In this document: positions 10,020 through 20,864 of the stretch, in pieces
Layout: every line of letters begins with the position of its first letter
Numbering within the stretch: position 1 is the first letter of the stretch
DNA from: Candidatus Eiseniibacteriota bacterium
Lineage (GTDB): Bacteria; Eisenbacteria; RBG-16-71-46; CAVPCR01; CBDCWB01
Length of the DNA stretch: 64,000 bases
Reading direction: 5' to 3'
Assembly (NCBI GenBank): GCA_965223205.1
Contig: CBDCWB010000021.1
Span: 377 to 64,376 of the forward strand
Made by a program: the position numbers and the translations under genes
The notes under the pieces: model-generated
Told to the model about the DNA's origin: nothing
Seen by the model: only the letters and a program-made list of their open reading frames with translations
The model's database searches: none

Positions 10020-10717
10020 AGCCCACCCAGCAGGGCATCCAGGTCCGAGTCGGGACCCATGGCCAGGCGAGTGAGCCGATAGCGATCGGCGATAGGGAGT
10101 TGAATCGTGCCCCCGCCGTAGAGGCAGGCCGCCTCGTAACCCGCGCGCTCGAGCAGCGACTGCACGCCCTTCGGGTCCTTCCCGTCGTCACCGTAGGGAA
10201 AGGCGAAGACCTTGACCGGCGCCGTCAACTCCGCATCGAGCGCTGACTTGGAAAGGCAGAGCTCCTCCGCTTGCGCGCCGGCGTCGAGTTCCGAGAAGCG
10301 GCGGTGGCTCACGCCGTGGGATTGAACCGAAATCCCGGCACGCTCCAGAGCACGCAGGTCTTCCCAATCACAGATCGCTTCCTCCGGCTCGATCTTCGCG
10401 TCGAAGGTGTTCTGCTTGCCAACGAAATCGGTGGGAACGAAAAGCACAGCTGGGAACCCGAAACGGGCCAGGATAGGCAGCGCCGTCTGGCGGATGGATC
10501 TGTAGCCGTCATCGAAGGTAACGAGGGCAGCTCGCTCGGGCAAGCTTGCCGGCTCGGTCAGGCCCCGGAGAAAGGTGGCCAGATCGATCACTTCCCAGCC
10601 TTCGTCGCCGAGACATTTCAGGTGACCCTCGAAGGTCGACTCGGGAACGTAGTTCCAAGTCTCCCAGCCGTCCGCAGAGGGCTCGCCGACCTTGTGATAG
10701 CCGAGGATGGCAAGCAC
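10016..10717 (-). CDS. Polysaccharide deacetylase (CE4/NodB-like)
   Basis: LGYHKV, VTFDDGY, QSHGVSH, FAFPYG motifs. Confidence 0.9.
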   Translation of the reverse strand: MLAILGYHKVGEPSADGWETWNYVPESTFEGHLKCLGDEGWEVIDLATFLRGLTEPASLPERAALVTFDDGYRSIRQTALPILARFGFPAVLFVPTDFVGKQNTFDAKIEPEEAICDWEDLRALERAGISVQSHGVSHRRFSELDAGAQAEELCLSKSALDAELTAPVKVFAFPYGDDGKDPKGVQSLLERAGYEAACLYGGGTIQLPIADRYRLTRLAMGPDSDLDALLGGL

Positions 10718-10897
10718 CGGCGCCCCTCCTCTGTAATCGCCCAGACACGCCGTCGATCATCTTACCCCACAGGGAAGCTCAGCACTCACCGGTGGTACCT
10801 CGGGCAACAACGTATCGACCAGGTAAGCGGCGGTCTCCGCCAACCCGGCCGGGCCGGGAGCATCGCGGTCGGCGCAGCGGACCGCTAGACTGCCGGC

Positions 10898-11455
10898 ATG
10901 CCGACCCTCACGTCAAATCGCGAGCGACGCCTCTGGCTCTCAGCGGCAGCGGTGGTGGCCGCGATCTACTCGACCTTGGGCCTGGCGGGGCCACTGGCCC
11001 GGTTCCTGCGCGATCGCGGTTTGATCGACGTGCTCTTCATCTCCGGCTTCGTCCTCGTCTTGACAACCATCGCCACCCAGGGTCTGAGGACCCGGCCGGG
11101 CGGCTGGGAGATCGGAGTGGCGCTCGGCGTCGCGGCCGCCTACTTCATGGTGTTTGTCCGAATGGCGATCCCAGCGGAGGAGCGCACCCACCTGATCGAG
11201 TACGGTGTGGTCGCCGTCTTCATCTACGAAGCTCTCAGCGAGCGGTCCAGCCAAGGTCGCAAGATCCCCGCCCCAGCACTGCTCACGGTGCTTGCAACCA
11301 CGCTGATCGGCCTACTCGACGAATGCATCCAAGCGTTGCTGCCGAATCGCGTGTTTGATCCTCGCGACATCTTGTTTAACTTTGTGGCGCCGGTGTTGAC
11401 GGTCAGCGCCCTGGTGGCGCTCAGCTGGTTGCGGCGGCGTCGTTCGGCGCGGTAG
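10898..11455 (+). CDS. VanZ-like membrane protein
   Basis: Multiple TM segments; EERTHLIEYG and LDECIQALLPNRVFDPRDILFN. Confidence 0.75.
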   Translation: MPTLTSNRERRLWLSAAAVVAAIYSTLGLAGPLARFLRDRGLIDVLFISGFVLVLTTIATQGLRTRPGGWEIGVALGVAAAYFMVFVRMAIPAEERTHLIEYGVVAVFIYEALSERSSQGRKIPAPALLTVLATTLIGLLDECIQALLPNRVFDPRDILFNFVAPVLTVSALVALSWLRRRRSAR

Positions 11456-11672
11456 GGCGAGCGACACCGGTGTTCGAGCGATGCTTGCCGCCCACTGGGT
11501 GGTGAGCTTTCCCCGGGTCAAACGCGTGCGATTGACGGTGGACGGGGCCGCCCTGTTGAGTGCATTGGTCGCGCCCACCTTCACACCGTCCTTCGATGTC
11601 GCCAGGCATACGCAGATAGAGCAAGTGGATCTAGTAGTGTAAACACACATTCGCGCGCCTCCGCACGCCCCG

Positions 11673-12842
11673 CTACGCCCTACCAGGCTTGATGGCGGAT
11701 AGCACGTGCTCCGCTGCCACCGCTCGAATCTTTGGTCCTAGCGGGTAGGTGTCGGAACCAGCGTGAATGACGTCCAAGCGGGTCAGCTTCAGATCATCGA
11801 GTGCCGATCGCATCGAGGGAGTGACGCTAGGCGCAGTCGTGTGCTTGAACTCGAAACCATAGCGCCTGCTACCGAGCACCATCATGAGGTCCAATTCGGC
11901 TCCGCTGTGGGTGCCCCAGTAGTAGCATGAGTTCGAGGTCGCACCCAGCTGGTGGATTACTGCCTCCAGCAGAAACCCCTCCCAAGACGCTCCGAGCTTT
12001 GGGTGGCGCTGCAGAGCTCGCATCGAGTCGATGTCCAGGAAGCTGTGGAGAATTCCACTGTCGCGAAAATAGACTTTCGGCGACTTGACCTGCCGCTTGC
12101 CAATGTTGGCCGTCCAAGGTCTCAGGATACGAACCATGAAGGTCGCCTGCAGGGCATCCAGATAGCGCCGGGTCACGTGATGAGAAACGCCGAATGAGCG
12201 CGCGAACTCAGAGGCATTCCAAGTCTGGCCGTGATAGTGAGCCAGCATCGCCCAGAAGCGTTCCAGCGTGCCGGATGGGATGTTGACCCCGAGCTGGGGG
12301 ATATCGCGCTCCAGAAACGTGCGGATGAAGTCGTCCCGCCAGCTACGGCTATCAGCGTACGAGCGCGCCGTGAACGAACGAGGGAATGCACCTCTGAGCC
12401 AGAGCCGATTGAATCGACCCATGCCCACCTCGTCGAGCGTTAGGCCCGTCAGCTCATGGTAGGTGATTCGGCCCGCCAGGGACTCAGAACTCTGCCGGAG
12501 CAGCTCCTGTGACGCACTCCCGAGCACCAAGAATCGAGCCGGCCTACGTGGGCGATCGGCGAGAACGCGAAGGCCCGGAAACAGCTCGGGCCGCCGTTGA
12601 ATCTCGTCGAGAATCACGATTCCCCTCAGGTCCCGGAGTCCCAGTTCAACGTCTTCGAGGCGAGCCAGATCCTGAGCGCGCTCAAGGTCGAACACCGTGA
12701 CGGGACGGTTTTGGCTACCCGCAAACGATTGAGCCAGCGTCGTCTTGCCAACCTGGCGCGCCCCTAGAATCGCAACGACTGGGTTCCTATCGAGTAGCTG
12801 CCGGAGGGTCCTGAGCTGCCGTGGTCGCTCTATCATGGACAT
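11673..12842 (-). CDS. AAA+ ATPase with DUF4143-type C-terminus
   Basis: GARQVGKTT, ILDEIQ, SESLAGR, KSPKVYFRDSG, GAELDL and FEFK motifs. Confidence 0.9.
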   Translation of the reverse strand: MSMIERPRQLRTLRQLLDRNPVVAILGARQVGKTTLAQSFAGSQNRPVTVFDLERAQDLARLEDVELGLRDLRGIVILDEIQRRPELFPGLRVLADRPRRPARFLVLGSASQELLRQSSESLAGRITYHELTGLTLDEVGMGRFNRLWLRGAFPRSFTARSYADSRSWRDDFIRTFLERDIPQLGVNIPSGTLERFWAMLAHYHGQTWNASEFARSFGVSHHVTRRYLDALQATFMVRILRPWTANIGKRQVKSPKVYFRDSGILHSFLDIDSMRALQRHPKLGASWEGFLLEAVIHQLGATSNSCYYWGTHSGAELDLMMVLGSRRYGFEFKHTTAPSVTPSMRSALDDLKLTRLDVIHAGSDTYPLGPKIRAVAAEHVLSAIKPGRA

Positions 12843-13067
12843 GTATTACCATGAAAATTGGAGCGTTTCCATCCAATTTTCATGGCCAATAGGGCGACTG
12901 CGCAGCCGAGAAAGCAGTGTGGGAGCCACATTGGAAACCCTAGATTAGGTAGTCGGGGGCGGTTTGTTCTTGACTTCGAGAACCATACACCTATACACCT
13001 TTTTTCTTTGACAGCTATTCTAGGAAATCACCTACGTTCACGACCAGCGCCCGCGACAGCGGCTGAA

Positions 13068-13255
13068 CGTTTACGTTCTACTCGACCACATTCCGCTTCT
13101 TGTAGAACCACCACACAGCTGGTACCGGCTATAGAACCGCCCGACAAGCTTCACTTCGCCGATAGGCGCGGAGGCGCTACATGTTGCCGCCGCCATCTTC
13201 ACGACCGGCTCCGTACACAGAGAACTCCAAGCTAACGCCCGCTTCTGCAAGCCTC
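13068..13255. repeat. ~190 bp relic copy of 52628-52808 (3' end of an immunity gene plus downstream spacer)
   Basis: Shared sequence from GTTTACGTTCTACTCGACCAC to CTTCTGCAAGCCT. Confidence 0.85.
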
Positions 13256-13302
13256 TGAGCTCGACCTTATCAAGGAGCGACTGAAGAGAGCGGAAACAGA
13301 CT

Positions 13303-13674
13303 ATGAACGACGACAAAATGGCAAAGAAGCCAAAGGAAATGCCCGTGCGTGAGAGCTCGGGTAACGTTTTTGAAGACCTGGGTCTCCCAGAGAGCGCAGA
13401 GCTCCAAGGGAAAGCAGAGCTCACAGCGAGAATCGCTGACAGAATCGAGAGGCTAAAGCTCACGCAAACCGCAGCCGCAAAGCGGCTTGGTGTGGACCAG
13501 CCCCCCCAATCCAAGCTTCTCCGGGGGCATCTTGCTAGTTTTTCGACCGACCGCCTTTTTCGCTTCCTAAACGCCCTTGGGCGCGACGTCGAGATTACAG
13601 TGAAGCCTCGCCCCCGAACGAGCACCAGGCCCGGCATTCGAGTTGTTGACTCACAGAAGAGAGAGGCCGGGTAG
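13303..13674 (+). CDS. XRE-family HTH antitoxin (HigA-like), toxin partner absent
   Basis: SSGNVFEDLG, LTQTAAAKRLGVDQP, FSTDRLFRFLNALGRDVEI. Confidence 0.8.
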   Translation: MNDDKMAKKPKEMPVRESSGNVFEDLGLPESAELQGKAELTARIADRIERLKLTQTAAAKRLGVDQPPQSKLLRGHLASFSTDRLFRFLNALGRDVEITVKPRPRTSTRPGIRVVDSQKREAG

Positions 13675-13820
13675 ACCCCTCCACTTTCAGATAGAGGACA
13701 AGATGCCACAGTGACCAGCGACAGGCGCGCGAGGGGGCTTGGGGGCAGCCAGCCCCCAGTTCGTATCAGCGACGGTCGACCAGGACAGCAACGGCGTTCG
13801 AAACTGGGGGCCAGTGGCCG

Positions 13821-13875
13821 TGTTGGCAACGCTCGGAAACTGACCCAGGGCAACGTTTAGAAACTGACCCACCCC
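13821..13875. mobile_element. Orphan IS21-type terminal repeat remnant
   Basis: TGTTGGCAACG followed by two GAAACTGACCCA repeats, resembling IS21-family ends. Confidence 0.5.
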
Positions 13876-14169
13876 AGCGTTCTGTTTGTACTCCTCCGGC
13901 GCGGTTTGCGCAACCGCGCCGGTTCTCCTGGGGGTGTGGGGCCGGAAGCCCCACGGAGCTATCCACGCGTCCGCCAGCCATCTCATCGTAAAGGGGCGCA
14001 AGCCGCCGATACATGGCTCGTCGCGCCAGTCGTTGGAGTTGGCCAGCGGGGCGTGTGGGTTGAGCGTGGTCACGGTGTTTGCTGGTGTTTGAGTCACGCT
14101 AATCAATGGTTTGAAGTGCGAAGGGCTCAAGCGGCACCCCGTTGTTTTTGGCGGCGGGGCGGGGTTGGG

Positions 14170-14375
14170 GGTGCTCTGTGGCGAGCCGCTCGGCGAGAAG
14201 CCTGAACGCCACCGACTTTCCGCATCCAGGGTCACCGCTGATCAGCGCAACCCCACCGGTGCGCGCCAGGTTACCGACGCGCCAGTGGAACTGCTCGAGT
14301 GCCGGTGGCAAGGCTAGCCCTTCGGTAGGAATCTCTGGAGAGAAGGGATTCCACTTGAGTCCGTAGAGCGATAAG
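14170..14375 (-). pseudogene. ExeA-like AAA ATPase N-terminal fragment
   Basis: LYGLKWNPFS...ALISGDPGCGKSVAFR, truncated; similar to 60145-60936. Confidence 0.65.
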
Positions 14376-14392
14376 CTTAGGGGGAGTGATTG

Positions 14393-14689
14393 CTAGTCCA
14401 ACGATGCACGCCTCGCGTGGCGCACATATGTCACCACCACAACGCCGGCGTGCACTTCGTAGAAGATGCGCCAGCTCTTCCTGTACAAAAGTTCGCGGAG
14501 CTCGAATCCGCCCACGATGTGACTGTCTTCTGTGAGCGGGCACCGCTCCGGATGCTCTTGAAGCGAGTCAATCGCTTCCCATAGACCATCCAACCATGCA
14601 TCGGCGTGAAGTGTTCGCTCGGAATACCAACGGTAGGCCTCAGCTATTTCCCGTCGTGCCGTCTCGGCGACCTGAATCTGATGTGCCAT
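14393..14689 (-). CDS. RelE/ParE-family toxin
   Basis: AETARREIAEAYRWY, IDSLQEHPERCP, WRIFYEV, YVRHAR; overlaps the antitoxin. Confidence 0.85.
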   Translation of the reverse strand: MAHQIQVAETARREIAEAYRWYSERTLHADAWLDGLWEAIDSLQEHPERCPLTEDSHIVGGFELRELLYRKSWRIFYEVHAGVVVVTYVRHARRASLD

Positions 14690-14963
14690 GCTCTCGTCGG
14701 ATTCTCTCAAACGCCTCGTCGAGCGGCATCGTGCGCCCGGCTTCCACATCATCGAGCCCACGCCGGATGCCTTCGAGCGTCTCCATGCGGTCAGCGAGTT
14801 CGTAGAGTCGCTGATAGGACTCAGCCGTTAGCACGACCAGGTCCGCTTTGCCATTCACCGTTAGCACGAGCGGGTTGCCGGTCTGGTGCATCTGCTCAAC
14901 AAACTTCCGGGTGTTCCGCTGGAAAGCCGATAGCGATTGGACGTCTCGGGTGATGTCTAGCAT
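14640..14963 (-). CDS. Phd/YefM-family antitoxin
   Basis: DVQSLSAFQRN, PLVLTVNGKADLVV, GIRRGLDDVEAGRT. Confidence 0.85.
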   Translation of the reverse strand: MLDITRDVQSLSAFQRNTRKFVEQMHQTGNPLVLTVNGKADLVVLTAESYQRLYELADRMETLEGIRRGLDDVEAGRTMPLDEAFERIRREHGTSDSGRRDGTTGNS

Positions 14964-15719
14964 TTTCGTGAATTCCTGAGTACTACTCGCCGTCGAACAT
15001 GTAATTTACTGCTGATTAGATGATATCAGAGTCTAGGCGACTCGGCAAATCGGGCTCCCCCATTCGAGTTGATGTGATTGATAAAATCAGTTATCGCGGG
15101 CGGTTAGGGCTTGTTGCGGGTGGCGTGGGGAGACGCGGAGGGCCCCGACATGGCTCGGAGCGCGGAGTGGGGGGAAATCGCCTGGATGGCGAGCTCGGGT
15201 CGCGCTCGGTACCGATAGCGGGTTCGACGAACCCATGAGTCTCGCTAGAGGCACCTGGTAGAGGCTCGAAAGGTTGCGCAACATGCACTGAAACCCCCGT
15301 GAATCGAATCACGATGCGTGACTCTGGTCAGAGATCCCAAGCACCAGCTTGCAGACCCCGTGACCCTCCCTAGCGGCCGCGTCGCATCCAAACCTCCGAC
15401 ATGGTAAAGATGCGTACCAGCACATCGCAGGCACGAACATGTTAGATAGTCTCAGCCGAAAGGATTGGGGGGCCATCGGTACTTTGCTCGCCACTCTTGT
15501 GGGGATTTACCTTGGCTCGGGGTTCAAGTGGAAATTTCTACCGGTGTTTTGTGTGAGTGCTCCACGATCCATGACACTGCCTGATAGCCAGGCAACCCTC
15601 GGGTGATTCAACACCTCCCTTCTGCTGTTGTTGTTGATCGAAACGCTGTTGGAGCTGTGGGCATGCGGGCAACGCGAAGCGTTGTCCACAGCGTGGCATG
15701 TCCACGGTTCTCCGACAGC

Positions 15720-16410
15720 TGTGGCGAAACTCAGGGGTCACCTGCTCGGGGTGGCGCCTGGTGCGCAGGATGTGCGAGGTGAGTTCGGCTGTGTTCTCGC
15801 CGACTGTCTCGGCCCAGGAGACGATGCGCGAGGGCGTCCACTCGGCGTGTCGGCGGTGTGCCGAAGGCATGTGGGCCGGATCGGTCGTGTGCTGTCCGCG
15901 CTTGTTGCTGCGGCGGTGCGAGGCGACGCGGTTGTGGTGGTGAAAGATCTCGATTGTTGAGTCGGTCGCTCGGACCTCGACCTGTTCGTGCGCCAGCTGG
16001 TAGGGGACCGAGTAGTAGTGACGACTGAACTCGACGTGATAATCGATGTTCACCCGCGCGTACTTACGCTCGGTGTAGTGGTAGCGCTCCGTCGGTAGAG
16101 GGCGGAGTGCTGGACGGTCGATCTTCTCGAACATCTCTGCGCGCGAGACGCCGAGCCGCTGGTAAGGACGGTTGTTGACCTCCTCGAGGAGTTCCCAGAT
16201 TGCTTCGTTGAGTGCGTCGATCGAAAAGAATATTCGGTTGCGCAGCGCGCGCTAGAATCCACCGCTGGATCACTTGCACGCCGACTTCGACTTTGGCCTT
16301 ATCTTTCGGCTTGCGAGGTCGTGCCGGCAGGATGCTGGTCCCGTAGTGCTCGGCGAGCCCCTGATAGGTCAGATTGACCTCGGGTTCATAGCGACAGCCG
16401 CGCGTTACCG
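15720..16410 (-). pseudogene. IS21-family IstA fragment (frameshifted)
   Basis: RVNIDYHVEFSRHYYSVPYQL and WTPSRIVSWA, homologous to 33089-34650. Confidence 0.85.
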
Positions 16411-16701
16411 CCGAGCGTTGTCAGTGGCTTGGAGTATGCGCGCAAATTTGGCGCTGAGGGGGAGAATGGCGACCCGGATGAGCACCTGCTGAGGATTGCC
16501 GTGTGTGGGGCGGCCGCTGGTGCGAATGAGCGAAGGTTGTGGTAGAAGTGGGTCACCGCCACGAAGGTTGAAGGCCCAGGGACTTGGTCCTCCCCGGGCC
16601 TTCTTTGGTGGTCGTTGGGGATAATCAACGGACACCACTGAGGTGTAGAAGGATGCCCCTGATCGACCCCACTGTCCAGTGTCTTCGGGCGGTGGGGATG
16701 G

Positions 16702-17265
16702 GTGGAGCGGGGCTATCGTCTTTACAACTGCCAGCGGTGCCACAAGCAGGTGCAGCTCTGCGCGCGGTGTGATCGTGGCCAGCTGTACTGCCTCGATGGC
16801 TGCTCGTTGCTCGCCCGCCGGGCATCGGTGCGCCGTGCCGGTCGTCGCTACCAGCAAACCCGTCCTGGTGCTCTCAACCACGCCTCCCGGCAACGCGCCT
16901 ACCGTCAGCGTCAATCCCAGAAAGTGACGCATCACCGATTCTCTGTTCCGGGCGCATCTGCCAGTTTTCCTCCGACGCGAGTCGATGGTGTGGAATCCAC
17001 CACCGCCCCCGGCTCCGAAGGAGGACATCATGAACAAGTACTGGGACGAGGCGCGGGTGGTGATTACTCCCTACCGCGTCGATCTACTGGTGACCCAGCA
17101 TGGTCGCAAGGTCTTGCACGGTTGGTTTCCCCCGACGCCAGCTCACCCGCGAGCGCTTCTGTTCATCCTCGAGGGTCTAGCTCTGTGGACGGGTCAACGG
17201 TTGTGCGTTGTCATCGATGCGGAGAGCCCTGTGCACCCTTCGCTCGGCTTGGGTCACGCTGGTAA
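16702..17265 (+). CDS. Cys-rich (zinc-finger-like) basic protein inside the IS21 element
   Basis: CQRC...CARCDRGQLYC...C; homolog at 51274-51666. Confidence 0.7.
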   Translation: MERGYRLYNCQRCHKQVQLCARCDRGQLYCLDGCSLLARRASVRRAGRRYQQTRPGALNHASRQRAYRQRQSQKVTHHRFSVPGASASFPPTRVDGVESTTAPGSEGGHHEQVLGRGAGGDYSLPRRSTGDPAWSQGLARLVSPDASSPASASVHPRGSSSVDGSTVVRCHRCGEPCAPFARLGSRW

Positions 17266-17338
17266 TGAGTGGCCCGACGAGCATCCGTTTCTCGAGTACT
17301 TGCACAACGAACCCTGGGTGCTCGAGGTCGACTTGTGA
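17030..17338 (+). CDS. Small hypothetical protein coupled to istA
   Basis: AGGAGG SD before the ATG at 17030; stop overlaps the istA GTG; overlaps the Cys-rich ORF. Confidence 0.45.
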   Translation: MNKYWDEARVVITPYRVDLLVTQHGRKVLHGWFPPTPAHPRALLFILEGLALWTGQRLCVVIDAESPVHPSLGLGHAGNEWPDEHPFLEYLHNEPWVLEVDL

Positions 17339-18825
17339 TCTCGCGCGAACTCGAAGCAGAGATCCTCAGGCTCTATCATGCAGAGAAGTGGAAGATCGGC
17401 ACGATCTCAGCCCAGCTCGCAGTCCACCACTCGACCGTTCGTCGCGTGCTTGCTCAAGCCGGGATCACAGCCGGGAAGCAGATCTCGCGCCCCTCGATCG
17501 TCGATCCCTTCATCCCGCTGATTGTTCAGACCCTGGAGAAGTACCCGCGGTTGCGCGCCAGTCGGCTCTACGAGATGGCCAAAGAGCGCGGCTACCCCGG
17601 CGGCCCCGACTACTTCAGGCATGTCGTCGCCCTCTACCGCCCACGCCCGTCGGGAGAGGCGTACCTGAGACTGCGAACTCTGCCTGGGGAACAAGCGCAG
17701 GTTGACTGGGGACACTTCGGCAAGTGGACGGTGGGAAGGGCGGAACGCTCACTCATGGGATTCGTCATGGTGCTGAGCTACTCGCGCCACCTCTTCCTGC
17801 GGTTCTATCTCGGCAGCGCCATGGCGAACTTTCTGCGCGGTCATGTGGCGGCTTTCGAAGCGTTTCAGTCGGTGCCCAGGGTCATTCTCTACGACAATTT
17901 GAAAAGTGCGGTCCTTGAGCGACGCCACGACGCCATCCGCTTTCACCCCACCCTGCTCGAGCTCGCCGCACACTACCGGTTTGCCCCCCGCCCGGTGGCT
18001 GTGGCACGGGGCAACGAGAAAGGGCGCGTCGAAAGAGCAATCCGCTATGTACGCGACAGCTTCTTTGCCGCTCGAATCTGGAAGGACCTCGACGATCTCA
18101 ACGCCCAGGCGAGCGACTGGTGCCTGGGTGTTGCCGCCGAGCGCAGGTGTCCCGAAGACCGAGCGCGAACCGTACGCGAGGTCTTTGTCGAAGAAGCGCC
18201 GAAGCTACTGCCCCTCCCAGACAACCCCTTCCCGACCGAAGAGCGACTCGAGGTGCGCGCTGGCAAGACTCCCTACGTGCGCTTCGACCTCAACGACTAC
18301 TCGGTCCCGCATGAACACACCCGGCGCACCCTGGTGGTGACTGCCACCCTCGATACCGTACGAGTCCTCGAGGGCAATGAGGTCATCGCCACTCACCGTC
18401 GGTCTTGGGACCGTGGTCAACAAATCGAAGATCCAGCTCACCTTCGAGCTCTTGTGGCTCACAAGAGCAACGCTCGAGAGCACCGCGGCATCGATCGGCT
18501 GCATCACGCCGTGCCACGGAGCCGCAAACTCTTCGAGCACATCGCGCAACAGGGAGGCAATCTGGGCGCAACCACCTCGAGTCTCCTGAGGTTGCTCGAG
18601 CGTCATGGCGCCCGCGCTCTCGATGAGGCGATCGAGGAAGCGCTCGAGCAAGGAGCCCCACACCTTCGAGCCGTCAGACGGATCATTGACCGCCGCCGAG
18701 AGGCTCGGGGACAAGCGCCTCCAGTCGCCCCTCAGTTCACAGCCGACCCGCGAATCCGCGACATTGTCGTCAAGCCTCACTCGCTCGATACCTACGACCA
18801 GATTGAACCGGAGGAACAGGACTGA
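17335..18825 (+). CDS. istA: IS21-family transposase IstA
   Basis: [43 protein letters not shown]. Confidence 0.92.
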   Translation: MISRELEAEILRLYHAEKWKIGTISAQLAVHHSTVRRVLAQAGITAGKQISRPSIVDPFIPLIVQTLEKYPRLRASRLYEMAKERGYPGGPDYFRHVVALYRPRPSGEAYLRLRTLPGEQAQVDWGHFGKWTVGRAERSLMGFVMVLSYSRHLFLRFYLGSAMANFLRGHVAAFEAFQSVPRVILYDNLKSAVLERRHDAIRFHPTLLELAAHYRFAPRPVAVARGNEKGRVERAIRYVRDSFFAARIWKDLDDLNAQASDWCLGVAAERRCPEDRARTVREVFVEEAPKLLPLPDNPFPTEERLEVRAGKTPYVRFDLNDYSVPHEHTRRTLVVTATLDTVRVLEGNEVIATHRRSWDRGQQIEDPAHLRALVAHKSNAREHRGIDRLHHAVPRSRKLFEHIAQQGGNLGATTSSLLRLLERHGARALDEAIEEALEQGAPHLRAVRRIIDRRREARGQAPPVAPQFTADPRIRDIVVKPHSLDTYDQIEPEEQD

Positions 18826-19589
18826 TGCCTGATCACCAAGACGCCACACGAGAGAGAGCGCGCAAGCTGGGTCTATACGGCTTGCTGGCTCACTGGGATC
18901 AGATCACCGATGACGATGCCTGGCTCCGAAAACTCCTCGATATCGAGGAGAGCGAACGGAAGCGGCGCAGCCTCGAGCGCCGCATCCGTAACGCGCGGAT
19001 CGGTGCTTTCAAAGCGATGCCCGACTTCGACTGGAAGTGGCCTAAGAAGATCAATCGCTCCTCGATCGATGAGCTGTTCAACCTGAGCTTCATCGAAGAG
19101 GGAGCCAACGTCGTGCTGCTCGGTGCCAACGGCGTCGGAAAGACGATGATCGCCAAGAACCTGACCTACCAGGCGCTGCTGCGTGGGTATACGGCGCGTT
19201 TCACCACCGCCAGCGACATGCTCGGCGACCTCGCCGCTCAGCACTCAACCGACGCGCTCGTGCGCCGGCTACGCCGCTACTCGAAGCCACAGCTGCTGGT
19301 CGTTGACGAAGTAGGCTATCTCTCATACGACAACCGCTACGCCGATCTGCTGTTCGAGGTGGTCACCCGCCGCTACGAACAGCGATCCATCGTGATCACC
19401 ACCAACAAGCAGTTCACCGACTGGGGAGTGATCTTCCCCAACGCCGCGTGCGTCGTCACCCTCGTCGACCGGCTTGTCCACCGCTCTGAAATCATTCCCA
19501 TCGAAGGTGAGAGCTACCGCCTGAAGGAGGCAAAGGAACGAGCTGCGAAAAAGCGACGTTCGAGAACCGCTGGACAATCAAAAACCTAG
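18825..19589 (+). CDS. istB: IS21-family ATPase IstB
   Basis: [29 protein letters not shown]. Confidence 0.93.
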   Translation: MPDHQDATRERARKLGLYGLLAHWDQITDDDAWLRKLLDIEESERKRRSLERRIRNARIGAFKAMPDFDWKWPKKINRSSIDELFNLSFIEEGANVVLLGANGVGKTMIAKNLTYQALLRGYTARFTTASDMLGDLAAQHSTDALVRRLRRYSKPQLLVVDEVGYLSYDNRYADLLFEVVTRRYEQRSIVITTNKQFTDWGVIFPNAACVVTLVDRLVHRSEIIPIEGESYRLKEAKERAAKKRRSRTAGQSKT

Positions 19590-19632
19590 GATGACAGCGC
19601 CAGATTTACGCGCTTCTGCAAAACCGCTAACA

Positions 19633-20447
19633 ACGAGGAACTCGACGATCTCTCGAGCGTAGAAGCCGGCATCCATTCGAACGTGGATGCGACGGCCTTC
19701 CGGCAAGCGCGCCAGACATTCCTTGAGGAAGCTGACGGCTTTGTGGGCCGAATGGCGGTTCCCCGAACGCAGTCTTGCACCGATCAGCAGTCGCGTTTCG
19801 GACCAGAAGCAAAGCAGCGGGTTGAATCCCTTCATGTTGTTGTAGGCGTACCGAACTCCCTCCTTGAGGTAACCGTAGACTTGAAAGATCGAGCTATCGA
19901 GATCGAGGGTGATAGGCTCGTCCCCGCCCCGCATGTCATCGGCGACGTAGAGGGCTCCGGCGATCACTTTCTCGAGTTGCTTGATGTGGCCGATCGTGAA
20001 CTTGCGCAGCATCTCTCCCGCGGTGGTCGGGGCCGGGACCTCGAGATCGTAGAGATGCTCGCGCGTCGCCTTCTCGTCTCGCAGGACCTGCAGGTCGGTC
20101 AGGTGTTGTCCACCGACAACAAAGTTGTGGACCAGGCTCATGACAAAGTCCGCAACGGGTATCCCGCGGCGGCGCTTCTTGACTGTCAGCGTGTCGAGCC
20201 CACGGATGATTCCCAGCTTGTGAGCGAGGTCGGTGATGAGCTTAAGGCCGGCGAACGATGTGACCGAGTCGGGGGCTGCAAAGTACTTGACTCTTCGAAG
20301 CTGATGCGGGAGTTTCACCTTACAAGTGCTCCTGGTTTTGGCGAGAAGGTTTTGTTATCACCTCCTTTTTACCAGGACTGGAGCACTTTTTCGTGCCTAT
20401 ATATTGACCGGCACCGCGTGAGTCATGCCGTTACCCGTGGATCTGGG
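19633..20447 (-). mobile_element. IS1380-family element, 3'-truncated (transposase start 20318)
   Basis: VTSFAGL, ITLDLDSS, GFNPLLCF, LRSGN, RMDAGFY. End CCCAGATCCACGGGTAA; flanked by (CTAAG)3. Confidence 0.85.
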
Positions 20448-20864
20448 CTAAGCTAAGCTAAGGGCAGTCGAACGACTGATAAGTTGACGGGAGAACCCAC
20501 ACCCCGAGTTCGGCAATCACGGGGATGATGGCTGGGCTCAGTCCTCGAGGGTACGAAATCCGTCGGAAACAGGCTAGAATCAGCGTGATCATAACGGGGC
20601 AAAGTCAAGCAAGTGGTAGTGTGACGCAAGGAATCCCGGCGAAACGTGGAGTAGGTGCCAGACACGTTGCTGGGAGGCTCATGACGCAGCCCGAGGCCCC
20701 GAGGCTTTGAGTGGCGCAAGCAGCCAAAAAGGAGGCCGCGCCGGGCGCCGCTGCGACGAAGAAGGGTGGTCCAGTGGCGGGGCGCGCACCGAAGGTAACG
20801 GACAGGAGAGGACTTTCCTCATGAGAACTACCTTCTGTTCTTACGGACTTGTCTGCGGTCGGAA

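Larger units (their letters stand above)
16419..19632 (+). mobile_element. IS21-family element with passenger ORFs upstream of istA-istB
   Basis: Left end TGTCAGTGGCTTGG...GCGCG and right end (rc) TGTTAGCGGTTTTG...GCGCG form an imperfect IR. No target duplication found. Confidence 0.75.

Noticed and set aside
13071-13853. 260 aa minus-strand ORF
   Set aside because: Antisense to the HigA-like gene and runs through the relic repeat; no coherent motif.
15645-15715. GC-rich dyad (GGGCAACGCGAAGCGTTGTCC) as an ncRNA
   Set aside because: Single copy among IS debris; resembles hairpins common near IS ends; no independent support.
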